NCBI GenBank assembly: GCA_963924565.1
Contig: OZ004610.1
Location: 6,324,001-6,388,000 of the forward strand
Direction: 5' to 3'
Length of the DNA: 64,000 nucleotides
DNA from: Ascidiella aspersa
Lineage: Eukaryota
Position numbers and translations under genes: made by a program. The notes under the pieces were generated by a model that worked only from the letters and a program-made list of their open reading frames with translations, did not search any database and had not been told where the DNA came from. Shown in pieces: positions 13,701-28,201 of this stretch; position 1 is the first letter of the stretch; each line of letters starts with the position of its first letter.

Positions 13701-16700
13701 AGTTTGAAATGCCCCGGTGGTAGGGCAAGGTTTTTTCCGCTTTCTTGCTGAAGCAAAATCGCTCTTCAGCCTTTTCGCGACCGGGCGCTTTTCGTCAAAC
13801 GGTATTGCGCCGCCGAAAACGCTAACTGCTCTCGCTTGAGCTGAGCCGGTGATAATTGAATTTATTGAACCGTTCCACGCACCAAAACTCGCCACCGAAA
13901 TCGCTGGAGCGGGGGTTGAGAATAGGCAGCTCAGCTTGGAAAACGAGTGACAGTATCATCGATTTTGCACTCGGCAAAGCACTTTTAAAATAAAACTCTC
14001 CTGTCAGGCATCGGTTCGTTCATGGAGAAAGCGATTTCGTGGGTGCTCTTGGAATAAAGTGTGGTCGTTCGGCTTTCCCTTTTTCCAAAAATAGTTTTGT
14101 TTTATTTCGTTTAATTGCTAATAGGATTGTGTTGCAATGAGGACGCCTTTTCACTTTCTTGGCTCGCTACTGTATATCTCTTGCCAGACGGACCTATTTT
14201 AAATATACTATGCCTGGTAGGAACAGCATATTTATGTATATCTCTTGTTTTAAAGAAATTGTTTTCGGCACGTTTTCGAGTCCTGTGTTACACCTCTGGC
14301 TGTTAAAGGCCCCACAGTGCAATTTTCCAGTTTCGAGAAACTTCCAATTCCGACTAGGAATTTTCAAAAACGCTGTACACGATTCTTAGTTTACGAACAC
14401 GTCTAAAATTTTCGGCCGATCGATAAAACGCTTTCAAGGGCAGAAGCAAGCCTAACGGAAAATAACGTAACCACGATTCACGTAAGCGCGGCGAATCGTT
14501 TTGATACGATTCACCTCGGTCTCTGTAATGCGACTGTTGTAAAGCACATTTCTGTCCCCGACTGAAAACTGACGGATCATGTTCAGTAATCCATTTTCCC
14601 GGCAGACCTAATGTGCCACGAAGGACGAGAGAATAAACTATTCCCGGCGAATTAGTATTTCGGGTATTAGCCTACATCGGTTGGAGTTAGCTGTCACTTG
14701 TTTTCCAATCAAGCTTTGAGTCAGGTCAGCCAATAAAATTGCCAGATTATCAGTTTGTTTTGAATGACCTGCTATAAAATGCAATGCTCTGTACTTCATG
14801 AATTATTCCTGTAAGCTTTTAGGAATAAAGCAGATTTATAGGAACAAAACAAAACGCTCAGAATGGGTTTAAATCAAGGGCATAAATCGACGCATACAAA
14901 AAAAGTAAGGGGAAAAACGTTATTCGGGGATAAAGTAAATAATGTATTCCCTCGAAACGAGAAAAACAGCGCTGTAAAGTGGTTCCTAGTAAGTGAGAAG
15001 AAGGTCACTAGGCTGCTATGAAAAACGGCTGTAAGAGTGTTTTTCATCTTTTTGTGAGTTTAGGCGGCAAAAAAGCATGCTCCAGGCTTGCAGGGACGAG
15101 TTGATTGATTTTCACCGTAACGTGATCCGAATGCTATCTCAAAAGAGGGCAGATTAAACGTCCCCGTTGAACATATCCGCGCATGGACAATGTTCACACT
15201 TCGTCTTGAGTTTGTTCGTATACCCAATATCGATTCGAACACAGTTCATTACGGTTGGGTAGCGTCTCGTCTCTCGTATATCCGTGTGAGCTTTCTAAGC
15301 TTTGTGCACTTTGCCTTCGCTTTCGGCTGTACAGCAGCACCGTCTGGTTTGCTTAACGTTTTAGCATTAGTCACTCGGCTGGTAACCACTTGTGGATAAA
15401 TGCCGGCCCGAAAAATACAATAAACTGCAACTTTAGAGTGGCAACAGACACTGCACATCAGTAGTATCGATTATGCAGTAGAGCGAAAAAACGCCAAGGT
15501 TTTAAAAAGTTCTAGAATCTAAATAGCTCAGCAAAAGCCAGATAAGACGCTGCTGCAAGGGGTGGATTTTAAAGTGATGTTTTTAGGTGGTATTAAATTA
15601 AATTAAAGGCAAACCGCAGACCCTCCGGATTTACTTTCAACGAGTTACTAGATTATTACATTCTAAGGTAACGAATTCAAGAACTGATCAATGCCTTACT
15701 TTTTAGGACAGGTGATCCCTAGTCTTTAGAAAATTAATTGGTTTACTCTAACAAAGGAATTTTAAGCAAAGCATTTTGTGTTGTTCAATCACCTTACGAA
15801 TAGGTGTAAAACGTATAATCCTGTCCCCCTGTTCTTTTACATCAATTCATATAAAGTTTGTAAAAAATATTGGTTGTTGAATTAAATCGTATTATAAGTC
15901 TACATAACTTTACAAAGCTTATTTCTTTCAAAAATGTACGCGTGCGGCCCACGCCTGTTTAACGTTTCCAGACGATAGGCTAACTGTTAAAATATGCTTC
16001 TAAATTTGACTGTTCAAAAACACATAAATCGTTTTTATTAGTTTACATTTGCATCGCAAGAGCTACGTGTCGCCTTGCGTGTGTTTATTATTCGAGAGGT
16101 CTTTTGAAGACACATGTTATACCATGTGTGAATGCGAAGCTATACAAAGAAAGTGGTAATTACAGTCTAGACCGCAAGAGGTAATTGCTATTTACAGGTG
16201 GTTCATAAAGGAATAGTGTATTTGTAGGTTGATTTTTAACTGTCGTCTATTGATTGTTAAGCCAGAGGGGTTAAGTAGCTTTGGGTAAAGTCTTAAAAAC
16301 TGTTATGTGCTATTGTTGAGTGTGCAACGATTCGTGAGCTATAAAACGCACAGGGGTATCAAAGTGATTGCTGTCAAAGTGTAGTTAACCTTTCAGAATT
16401 GTAGCTTGTAGATTGTTCTTAAGGCAGTAAGGCAGACAAATGTTTCTGGAAGCTCTTAAAAGTAATTATAACTTCCGTTTGGTGTGCACCCCATGCAAAT
16501 CTAAAAATATTACGCCCTTTAAAAATGTAATTGGTGAAAACATGGAAAAAATATTTCTTTTAGGTGTAGTTGTATTAGGTGATTTTTTGCATATATAAAG
16601 TTAAAGCTAGCAAAAACTATAGTATTGTTGGTGCCCCTAGATCTGCCCATGACTATAATCGCTTAAATTGTAGAAAAAATCCCGCCTTATTTACAAAGGT

Positions 16701-19107
16701 AGCAATCGAGAGAAAGAAATAACAAAACGTAGAGGCAATCGAATTAAAAAAGTACGCCGGCGCCTAAACGACAAACGATAAATTAAATAGTGCCAAAATG
16801 CGACTTGGGTGCGTCAGCTTTACGCAGAGGCCAGGCGAGGATCATTAACGCCCGAAATCAATTAGCGTTCCTCTTGCCGTTGATTGGAACTTACCACGTC
16901 GTCTGGAAAGCCAAGGAGTCGAGCTAATCAAGCGCGCTTGGCAGCCCTAAATTTACCAGTCCTTGGAAATTGGCCCGCTGGGACCCGGCGCCGACTCGGT
17001 GCAAAACTTTCCCCGCCCTGGTACTCCTGGCGCCGGGCGCAAGTTATTCGAAATCAATATTTGAAACGGCTCTGCTTCTGCTACTTCTTCTGACACTGTT
17101 TTGTCCCATTGACTTTGACCGCATGTAAGACACACCAAGTCTCGTTGCTGTTTGCAGGTCAGACACTAAAATATTTTAAAAGATTGTTATATATTTAGCC
17201 AGCAAGGGCATTCATTTAAAATTAAGATAACCTTGGCTGGCGAAATATGAATATCTTTTTAGATCTTTTAATAGGTTCTGACCTGAATTGCTAGCTTTGC
17301 TAGAGTATTCTGTTGTTTGCCGTGTGGTATCGTGTCTGGCGAAGGCGCGGAATGCATGTGAATAATGCAAGTTTGTTGAGTGAGTCTTGTACATTGGAAT
17401 GTTTTATTGGCTGTAATGCTGGCTATTTTGTTGTGTGTTAGAGACAGTTGCTAAGAGGCCAACATGAATAAGGTAAAAAACAACAGGTAGGTAGAGGTTT
17501 TAACGCGTTTGAGCCGCCATTATAGCACGTTCAGTTCTACTTTGTAACGATTCCGTGTCACACATAAATGCCAATGGGTCACATCACGTATAAAAATCGT
17601 GAAAAACGCATTGACAGCGCAATAACACCAAACCGTATAGTTTGCTCATTTACGTCAATGATGGCTGTTTAAATCATCCAGGTCATTGCTGTGTCAACCT
17701 TAGAATATGGGATTTATCTTTTAAAATAAAGTAAATCTCATATTCTAATGATTTCTGAACCATTCTAATGGTTTCTGGACCATTAGAATAGAGATTTCGT
17801 TGCTTTAAATTAATCGGTTTACTCGTGTTGTATTTTATTTCGGTAAAGGCTGGTTGTGCCTACTACATTATAGATATAGTAGAAAAAGTGAATTTAAACC
17901 TAGCTAAATGTGACTGTTGCGTTAATAGAATCGACGGGAAAATATTGTTTAGGCGCTGGTCTAGAATCCTATCACATTTTCGTCCCAGAGTTTATATTGC
18001 TGACTTTCTATATTTTCGTTGCGAGCGTTTTGGTTCGGGTGGGTCAAGCATTGTTATAATTATTCTCCCATTTTTATTTTTTGCTTGCAATTTCATTTTT
18101 AAAAACTCGTTTTGTCGCTGTAAAAAAGTGGCAAGATAGACAAGCGCCAGTTTGTGTTTCAGTTGACCCTGAGCAGCGTAAAACAAAGCGAAAACTGCAA
18201 ATGCGGAATCATTTCACGAGAAAAGTAACAGACGTGTGGCAGCCAGGGTCAGACTGGGTCAGAACCAAAGTACTTCATTTCATTCCAGGCTATGACGCCT
18301 GAATAAACATTGATTTGAGAAAACACACATGTGAAATTTGCTGACAACCTTGCTTTCAGTCGTACGTAAGGCAAGAAGAAATTATTCTTAAAATCTACGA
18401 CTTTATAAGAGCGGTATTCTAAGTACATTTAATATTCATCATCCTTCTTGACATCGCTCCAAGTTTATGAATTGTAATTTTTTAGTCTAAATTAAGATTG
18501 AACAGTTATTTGGTTGTAAAATTTGTCATTGCAGTTTTTGTTGTGTTCTGTTTTATGACTGGCTGTTTGATAGGTCATAGAGTATTTTGAACACTTACAT
18601 GACTTTATATGTAACTTCTTTTTTGCTGTCATCTGGACTGAATATTTTTGATACACCTAGTTAAATCGCTCAAAACCCGCATTGTTTGGATATTTAAAAC
18701 AAACCGGTTCACAATGTGCTATGTAGATTATTGTTCTATTGGCAGCGCTACCGATTTGCACAGTTTCCAAATAAAATATGATATTCATTTTGCCTACCCA
18801 ATTTTTAGGGACCGCAAATTACAGGGCAAATGCAGTTTGCATAAAAAAACAGAGAAGGTAATCAACTCTAATGACACAATAATAACAATTAACAAATCTG
18901 TAATATTGCAATATATTTTCCGTTTTAATGCCTCTTGGCTTACAATAACACATAATTCAACGCCGGTACCCGCATTATGTAAACGTGATTTCAATAAAAT
19001 AAACATTTACGGGACATGTCCATTTTCTTTGGTCTTTCTGAATTTAATTGACTAATATAATTATCTAACTCAAATAAGTTTCTTTTTTGCAAAACAATGC
19101 AATCCCT

Positions 19108-19235
19108 AATAAGAATATCCAAGCCCATACAGAAGTAGGTATCTCTTGAGTTATTCGAAACGTTCAAGAGGATAACTACTTCTGTATGGGCTTTGATATT
19201 CTTATTACGTCTTACTACCTCCAACCATCATACTC
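19108..19235 (+). mobile_element. Penelope-like fold-back element, family B copy 2
   Basis: Same arms and tail; TSD caatgcaatccct. Confidence 0.7.
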
Positions 19236-21278
19236 CAATGCAATCCCTGTCTTATTGTTTCATGGATCATCATGTCGGGTTTTATGATTTTCATTAAAAA
19301 AACAACTACGAAACTTGAGTCACGCACGTTTGGATAGACAGCTAACCCAAATGACGTGGGGTTATAATGACAGAAAGTGCTGACCAAACGATTTCAACTG
19401 AAATCAGTTCAAAAAACACGACTGTTGTCAAGTTCATAGGAAATACGACGGCTCTGCAGACATTTCGATCTAGCTTAAGTAGAATTCTGCAGGGACTTCT
19501 GTGGTTTAAAGGCACCTCACAATGTATTCAAATGGCATATGGTACGTCATACGGCAATGTCACCCTTAGGCACCGCTGCCAACTGCTATGTTGGTAATGC
19601 ACGAGATATCAGCATGTTGGATGTGGCCTTCGAATAATTCAAGCTTTCGAAACCTAATGACTTTAGTCATGTTTAGTTACAATGTTAAGGCGAATGTTTC
19701 GTGGTAATTTTATCTATTTTAAACATTAGAGCTGCACATACTGCCTCGAATTACTTGACAACAAAAATGATTTATTTCGGTATGCAAAAATCCTACAGTA
19801 AGCTTATTCTTTTAAAAATGGTTTTGTTGAAATACTAGTTTTTAACTGTAGATGTCAAATTAATTTATTCACAAGTCCTTTACAACTAAATCAAGAATTG
19901 ATGATTTTTCCCTCGATATGCATAGTGACCTTGAATGGTGGTTTGGTGGGGTTGCCCAAAATGTCGTTACAACCGAAAAATCGATACAATCGAATTTATA
20001 TCAAATCGTGCATTTCTAATCCAAGGCCAAGCATTGTTCAATGTCTGATTGCAAATTTTCGCATCAATATGTCGAGATCTAGTCTATAAGGTCGTCTAAT
20101 GTAACTTGACGAGAAACCAGGGATCAACGTGGATTTAAGCATTTCTAAGCAATTTCGATCTAAATTTATGATATTTGAATTTGAGTTTGAAGATTTTTGA
20201 ACAGCTTAGTGTTTCCAGCACAAACTAAATTAACTTTATCTGCTTTAAGTTTTAACCAGTACATTTTAGCCTGGGTGATTTCGTGAAATAACTTTTTATT
20301 TTGTAATAAATTTGACGTCATTAATATGTGATAGGTATCGCTCTCAACAACGATAAATTGCATTTAAGAAAACTTCTGCTGTTTAAAAAGTATGCATAAA
20401 GCCTGGCCCATAGTTTTATGGGTCGCTAGTCCTGTATGTTGGGTTGTACTAATAATGTAAATCATAAGTAGTTCATTAAGAGAGATGTCAAACTTTAAAT
20501 GCTCCAACATTGTCTGCTGTAAAATGCAAAACAAATCATCGGAAAACATTCCGAAACTTAATAAAGCTGATCTGCTTTTTGCGTTTATTGCAATACTTGT
20601 TTGTTTTTTCATTAGTTCCAATAATTAAACTCACGCAGTTTTCTGTAGAATGAAACTTATTCTTTTGAATTCTCGTCATTCTAGCGTGCAGGTATAAAAT
20701 TGAATGTCATTGTAGTTAAGGTATTGCTTAAGTTAATCAAGTAGTCAGTAAAACCATTGACAGATTAAAAAATCTAATTATTAATCGCACTTCAAAGGAT
20801 TTAAGTGCTCACAAGACAAAATCATAACAATCGATTTACACACACTTATAAAAAATAATCTGCAACACATGTCGGCACTGGAAAATTAATTACGCTATAA
20901 AGAACTGTATATGACTTCAGTCAGCTATCGTAGAAATGCGATAAAGTAAGAACGAATTGTTTTCGAAATTTCCTTTTGTCAGTCAAGTGATAGGTTATGT
21001 ATAACGAACATGGAATTTGACAACACCAGACAGAATTCTTATTAATTACCGTTCAGTTGTATAAAAAGATATAAAGAGCTTTTAGTTGTTTGTAGTTAAA
21101 GTATTTAAATAATTCTTGAATGTTGAAAATCGCTTGTAGTCTCGTTGTTTGACTTCTCAGAACCGTTACTTATATTTTCTTTATTCATTCAGAAGTTTCG
21201 TTTATAGCAAACCCCTCAAAAGGGTTCAGCGTTGACAGTTTTGAACGCAACTGTATTTGATTTGCCGCAATATACACT

Positions 21279-21623
21279 ATGGCCAAGGGTGCCGGCTACC
21301 TTCTGAACAGCGTCAACCAAAAGAAGATTCGCGAAAAGTCGAACAAGAATCGTGCCAGCGTCGACACCTCGTGTCCGCAACGACCCGAAATCACAAGCCG
21401 CGCGACGTCGCTGTCGAGCACATCAACACCACGAAATCGCGGATGCCGGCATTGCAGAAGAAATCACGGCGACCGGGATCTCGGACTCGAATGCCTGCAA
21501 AACATGTGCGTAAAGTGCATCGGGTGCGACAAGATACTGCGCATGCGCAGCTCGGGAGAAAACGGAACGACTCGGATCACTGTAAGGTCTTGCTGCGCCG
21601 ATTACAGGGGCCGGTTGGCGAAG
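21279..21623 (+). CDS. Candidate alternative first exon C, Cys-rich (115 aa)
   Basis: GC-rich 130-aa ORF with two phase-0 donors (ACT|gtaagg after 21581, AAG|gtaaaa after 21623). Confidence 0.55.
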
Positions 21624-22524
21624 GTAAAACTAACTAGCTCGAAGATCATCGTTGCTTTCAAGATATTTTAACGAATAGATTGAATCATTTCGTTGCGAGC
21701 CAAATCGTACATTTGGCGTTTAAAAGCTTGACGTTGCACAAAAAAAGCCTTTTTGATTTAAAGTTAATAAATGTCTAAACATTAATTTCAGATGAAATAT
21801 TTGTGTTTGATAACAAAAAGCTACAATTAGTAGCCTTAGACCAAAGGCCCAAAAAAAACAAAAGTCATAAATCAAGATTCTAAGTATTTTTTTAAATATT
21901 AGGTTTTACACCCAATTGATCTCTATACTGTGCTCTGAGTGGAGTAAAGTTTTTTTTCTCTACGCATAACATGGCGACAATTTGCTTTTAGGCATCTTTA
22001 ATTTTGTAAAAGTTTTTGTACAGTGTTTGCTTTATCGTGAGAAACAATGCTTTATAAAACAAATAACATACGCATTATTCAAAGCATTGGCACAAAACAC
22101 CTCCAACAAACTTTAAATGTCTGAATTTAAATCTTACAAGAAAGTCAACTTTTATACACAACACGCATTTCATCTTATTTTGTATGGCTGGACAGCCCTT
22201 ATATGCTGGTTTCCAATGTTGCGTCCGTATATTACTGAACACATGGTGAACAAAAAGTCTCTCAACACTGCTTTATCATTTACGAGAATACGACGAGATT
22301 GCAATCACATTTTACTGAATCACAAAAGCCCTTCTAGCTCGCCCTTCGTGGAGAATTGTATTTTTAGCCAGCAAAGTGTACCGAGCGCGCCGAAGCGTAA
22401 CATTTGGAAAAGGCGGGATAAATTGTATAGCCCGCGTTGTACCTGGTTTAGCTGTTGACTGACTTGGGCTCACCTAACATAGCATTTACGCTCTTCAAAG
22501 CGTTGCGATTTCTTCAGTCTAGTA

Positions 22525-22985
22525 CAGTGTTCTCTACCTTTTTAGCTTGCGGACCGGTAAAGTTTAAAAACAAATTTTGCGGACCGGCGGACCTTCATGA
22601 ATCAAATCCACCCAAAATGTATCTACGACAAAAGTGTGCAACTTAAAAGCAAAGAAGGAAAACTTCAATTTAATGAGCCTCTTGCTGCTGTTTGTTTTAT
22701 TCATACGTGTTATACGTGATTCTAGCGAAGTTTTTGACATACAACTGGTCCCAAAGTTTAAGAATTAAATAAGGTGTAGCCTACTTTTAGACAAGTAAGC
22801 ACAAAACTTGCAGCATTTTGGCGTACGATAAAGTTCTAAGTAAACCATTAACTCTGTGTTACATCACAATGTTACAAATTACGGAGCGGGCGAAGTGAAT
22901 TTAATGGGCAAGTCTTCAACATCTTGCATTGTGCAATTGAGATATAAAATAGTAATATATTGAAAACGACGATTGAGAACCACTG
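22525..22985. mobile_element. hAT/Charlie-like MITE, same family as 57203-57661 (opposite orientation)
   Basis: TIRs; 8-bp TSD gtctagta; subterminal similarity to the reverse complement of 57590-57661. Confidence 0.85.
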
Positions 22986-25589
22986 GTCTAGTAGACACAG
23001 CCACTTTGTGGCGTTTCGGTCTTCAGGTTGAACCGACGTCGCCCCGCTTTTCCCGCTTTTGCGTCACGCCCAATGAGTTATGTTTTGTTCCCAGGCACTC
23101 GACAGTGTTAAGTCGCATACCTGGGCAACTGGTTGGCGGCGTTTGGTTTCGCGGAATATGTTAAATAGTTCCCTGGGTGATCGCTGATTACTACAAAGAC
23201 AGTCAAGTGGCGAGCAATTATCTGCTGTTAACCAGCTGGAACGGTGTGTTTGTTGTTAGAACTATAGCGTAGTACGGTAGACAGCTATTCCCTGGACGAA
23301 AGTATTTGGAATCATTGTGTGGTTATCTGTTGACAAAGATAATTATTCAACTGAAACATCTGGTAATTTCGAGTTAATTCAGTGTTAAATTTAATAACAA
23401 GACACGTTAAATATTAAGCTGTTACTGTTTGTGTTTCTCCAGCTGTGTTAATAACTGATTAAATATTGCTGGATTTATTTTGCGCCTTAAGTTAACGAGC
23501 TACTAACTAACATTTTAGGGCTTTCGCGCAGTCAATTAATATAATATTTTTTAATTGGTATGGCCACGAAGATATAAGTTACCATCGTCTGCGTTTCGTT
23601 AATACTTTTGGCTAATGGATTTCCGCCACCAAATTATCGACTAATCCCCACGTGGCGTTTGTATATATTGGTAAAAAAGCAATATCGACTTGCCAGCCTG
23701 ATTTTCGTCTTGATTTACGGCTTCTAGTGTACAGCGCCTCGTCGCGGTTTTTATTGGGAATTTGCGTCCTTGGGAAACGGCATTAGCGGTTGTAATTTGG
23801 CAGACAGCGTGCCTGCAATCAGTTACCCCCCGGCAACAGCTTGACTGGGCGCGCGTCGCAAAGCAAACACACTGTTCTTGCTTATCGTTCGACTCCCTCG
23901 TACAGTTTCCTACTTAAGAGTGCAAAAACAGCTTGAAAAGTGTAGCCCCGGGATATTTGAATTCAGCAATTAGCAAACGGTCTTGGGTATGACCATAGGT
24001 CGCTTACCAGTGACCGGATGTTACAGTATACTGTTTTACCGCAGCTGTTGTATGTGCTTGGTGATTTTCGGTAGCTAGCTTTTTTTTAACAGTAATTATT
24101 TCATTATTAATTAGTGGCATAACAAAATACTCTGGGACTAGCATCTTACTTTGTATGTTAGCGGTAATTTATTAGGATTGTAAGCGATTGACCTTATTTA
24201 TGTACAGACAACGCCTAGCAACATCAAGAAGATGTACACTTGTACAGTGCTAGAACAGGCACTTTTTCAACAACATAAACCAGTCGGTGTAAGATTTATT
24301 AAACCGTGAGACATTAACACTAAGGTAATCTACAGAACGTGAGTCATTTGACGTAATACAGATCCAGACAAGCTAAAGCGATTATTTTGAGAGAAATTTA
24401 ACGTCGTGCTGAACAGAAAAAAGCTCAGGCTGATTTTGTCAAGTGGGAGATTCGGTTCTAAGTGCTATCGAAAGCTCACTCAAGCAAAACGTCTACAATA
24501 GTACACGCAATTGCCAGTCAGAAATGCCAGTAATGGCTTCAGTCTATCTACTATTGGCGAGCTACAAATTTTAACAGTTTTCTTCACAACCATTTTATTA
24601 ATTTAGGTAGTTATCCTGTAGCTTGTAATAAAGCAGTGCGGAGCCTTTACAGGTAAAGGCATTTTATAATATATCAATTGAAGTGATTTGACAGGCTTAC
24701 CCAACAGTTTTAGTCTTTACATGTTTAAAAATTGTATAGGCGTGTATGCCGTTTTAGGGTTTATTGCGTTGCAAACGCTAATAAGATCAACTGTAGTTTA
24801 GTGTTGTTTTTGCCAAACTGTTTTTCAAGAAATGCTATAATCAGTTAAGTTAAATACTTTGAACAAAATGTACAATTCAAATGGACAACATTGCTTTACT
24901 GGAGGCTTACTACTTTTTAACTATCGTTTGCTTATTACAAATGTTCATTTAATTGTTTTAATATTTTATTGAAGCTGTTTTAATTGCATTGTAATCAATC
25001 TTGTTTTGTTTGCTTGCTCTTAACAATCGACGAGTAACAATGCAGAGAGCTCAGTTTCAAACACGTGAGAGTCGTGAGACCCATATTTCAGTTGAAAGCA
25101 TTCTCTAATTATTTTTGAGTCACAGAAGAGTTCTTGGAAGCACAACAGTCGCTAGTACAGTATATCTTACAAGAAGTTGCTCATGCCGGTAACCAGCATG
25201 CCTGTTAATAGTTAACTTCGTGTAGCGGTATTAAGTTTAAACAAGCTATTGGCGCAAGTGCTTCGCCGTTTGTCGTTGTAACATTACGTTTCATAGTGCT
25301 AGTGAGTTATACAGCCACTTCTAGACAAGGGTTGTCACTTTTAGGAAATTTAATATGAAATTTGATAAAATTAAACGCGATTTCGTTTACAAAATAACAT
25401 GTACTGTACTTGTCAAGCATGGAATATAACTATTTTATGAAACAAAATATCGTTGGTTTTGAGAGAACAGCCAGCAGCTAGTTTTTTTGCAAGATTTCAG
25501 TGTGTATCTGCATTACAAAGTTTTCATAAGATAAACCATACGAACGTTGGAAATTTGCAGCGCCACTCACTTTAGGCGTGACACATGTA

Positions 25590-25712
25590 ATGGTATTGGA
25601 AAAGGAGCTAATGGCTGAAGAAATGGAACTACCGCCGTCGGATATTAAAAGGGCGCCCAAATACGCCAGCACAGTCCGGAAAGTTAATGATCCCACTGCC
25701 AGTATGCGAGAG
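25590..25712 (+). CDS. ANK1/2/3: Candidate alternative first exon D (MVLEKELMAEEMELPP...ASMRE)
   Basis: ATG 25590/25611, open frame, GAG|gtaagg phase-0 donor, ttgcag acceptor ending 25560. Confidence 0.6.
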
Positions 25713-28201
25713 GTAAGGCTGTGATCTCAGAAACATGTTATTTGCAATAACCCTTTCTTCGCTGAAATTGCACCGTGCGAAAATGTAAGTTTCGCTGATT
25801 GCTGAAAGATGTACATTTTCTGTCGTTTCGTTGTATAGATATGCTTGACTGTGTGCAGCGCCACTTTAAATACGTTTTGCAGGTTTAAAATGTATGGTGG
25901 AATCAGTTTATGCTCGAATTGTTTCTGTCTTGGTTTTAAATATGACTTTCCAGCGAACGTTTTCGTATATTTTTTTCTAGCTTAATACTGGTATCATTGT
26001 ATACCTAAAAAGCTTGAAGCTGTTTGCCCGTCCAAGTGAAGTCGATATTTACAGAACGCCGGTCATGTGAAAAGTGTTTACATAAAAGTGCCGCTAAACC
26101 AACAACTAAAGGGTATATAAGTGAAGTCGTTTTGGGGCCTTTTTCTCGCATATTTACACCTAGAAACCCATTCGAAGTTTTACCTTAAAAATAGTTGCGT
26201 TGAAGGTTTTAACTTTGGTAATCATCGATTCTATACAGGTAATACTTCTATTTGGGAATTTTCATTTATTTGAACTCACAATCTGAATTTAAGTAACATT
26301 GTTCAACACTTGTTGTATTATTTCGTAAATTCTAGTTGAAATTTGTGTCTATAAATTAGCAAATCACCGGCCATACCAAAATTAGAACTGATTTTTCGGT
26401 TGTAAGATCTGTACGTGATTTTATTCACCGGATTACGAAATCAATCTATGTTTTTCACTAATGTTATTGTTTTATTTGGAAGAATTATTTGATGTTTTGT
26501 TAATTTAGAACGTTCCCGTGTTTTGTTATTTTGTTCCAACAACCTTTCCAATATTAAAAGAAACAAAAAATAACTCGGCAATCACCATGGCATCTTAGTA
26601 AGTTGGTTTGCCGTTATTTTGTTGTTATACCAATTTTCTAACTGAAGACAACATGCAGCAAGGCCATGTTATAAAAATTGTTTCGCGACGGGGCTGACGT
26701 ATGAGGCCATTCGATAGCGACCCCCCCTCACCCATCCGCAAAAACTTACACAACCAAAACAGTTTTCATGGCATTTGGCATTGGCGCTGTCTCATCGATG
26801 TCGCTTCCATCGTCTTATTTTCTTTTCCCTGTGTTTAGTTTGTCGTACGCGACGCTCATAATTTATGCATTAATCTTCCCCTCACTCACCTTTTCCAATT
26901 CTCTCCACAACTCCTCCCCTGTTCTCTCCATACTCTTTTGTTCTCTTCTCTTTTTCTTATTTCTCTCTCTTGTTCTCTTTCTTTACGCTTTTTCCAATAA
27001 AAACGGCGTCGAGCGAAAGAGAGAAAAACGACACGGAAAATAGAAGACAGACGCAGCGAAACAGAGCGAGAAATCGATCTTCTCGTTGCAAGTGGCATCT
27101 GCAACAGCCCCCCCCCAAATTGCTAGCTGTGGAGTGCGGGCGTTCCAGCACACGCGTCGCTGTGCTGAAATGCGCCGGGCACCGCCCCTGGCTTGGCAGT
27201 CAGTGTACCTGTCCGCCGCATGCAGTCCGCCCACCCGCTGCTTAAAGGCTTGCTGGGTAATTTGTTGGGAAACAAAGTTGAGAGCAGAGCCTTAGTCCGA
27301 GAAGAAATGAATATGAAAGTGCATTTAGTGTTTTTCTACAGCTGTTTTTAAAGAGAAAAGGTGAAATAGTTTCGTTTGTTGACATTTATAAGATTTACTA
27401 CCTTTAAAGCTGTTAGTTACTTACATCCGTTAAAAGTTTAGATTTCGTTTGAAATAACAATTTTTAGTTTTTTGGCTTTTTTCTTTAGGATTTGATGTGT
27501 CAGCATAATACAAGATCTAAAAAATAATGGAGATTTTATTGGAAGTCACGTTTTTATAAGATTATAACGTCATATTAATGATGTAGTTTGAAAACACGGC
27601 TGCTTAACAGAAAATTAAGTAACTCGCAAGTAACGGTGGTTTCAATAGAAATATCTTGCCCTGAGCTATATAGTTGCAAGGCGTAGAAGGTTAATGGCCT
27701 ATTACCGGATTGCGCTAATGATATACTACCACTCCTATGACATCTGTATCACTTGAGCTTTTGCAGTTAAGAGGATTATAGACGCGTCGGGTCGTCGCCG
27801 GCCTTTCTGTCAGGAATTTTTCTTAGGTTATCTAAGGAAATTAGGTAATTAAAGACAGTACAACATATTAGTGTTTGAAAACAGATACAATAGCTGAACA
27901 AGAGGCACAGTTCGATCATATAATAACTCTTAAGTTGTGTTCGTTGGACCAGTTGGGTATTTTCTTCTAGTAAATTTAGTAATTCAATTAGTTGTGAAGC
28001 AGTTTAATATTGAAATTTACAAAACAGCTGCAATATATCAGAAAGAGAGGCAGACCATGAATCGTGTGTTTAATGGTCACTTTATGTTCTTCGCAACAGA
28101 CAACAAGTTGGGTATTTTTTTGTCGCCAGCTTCTTAGTCACTTTGCTTGCTAGTCGCATATGGGCGCCGTCTAAATTATTTATCGCCAAAAACGATCAGC
28201 C

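Noticed and set aside
18201-18224. MRNHFTRK|gtaaca as another first exon
   Set aside because: Very short with a weak donor; chance occurrence likely
19440-19480. KYDGSADISI gag-like peptide
   Set aside because: Too short, interrupted by stops, no LTR or other retroelement evidence
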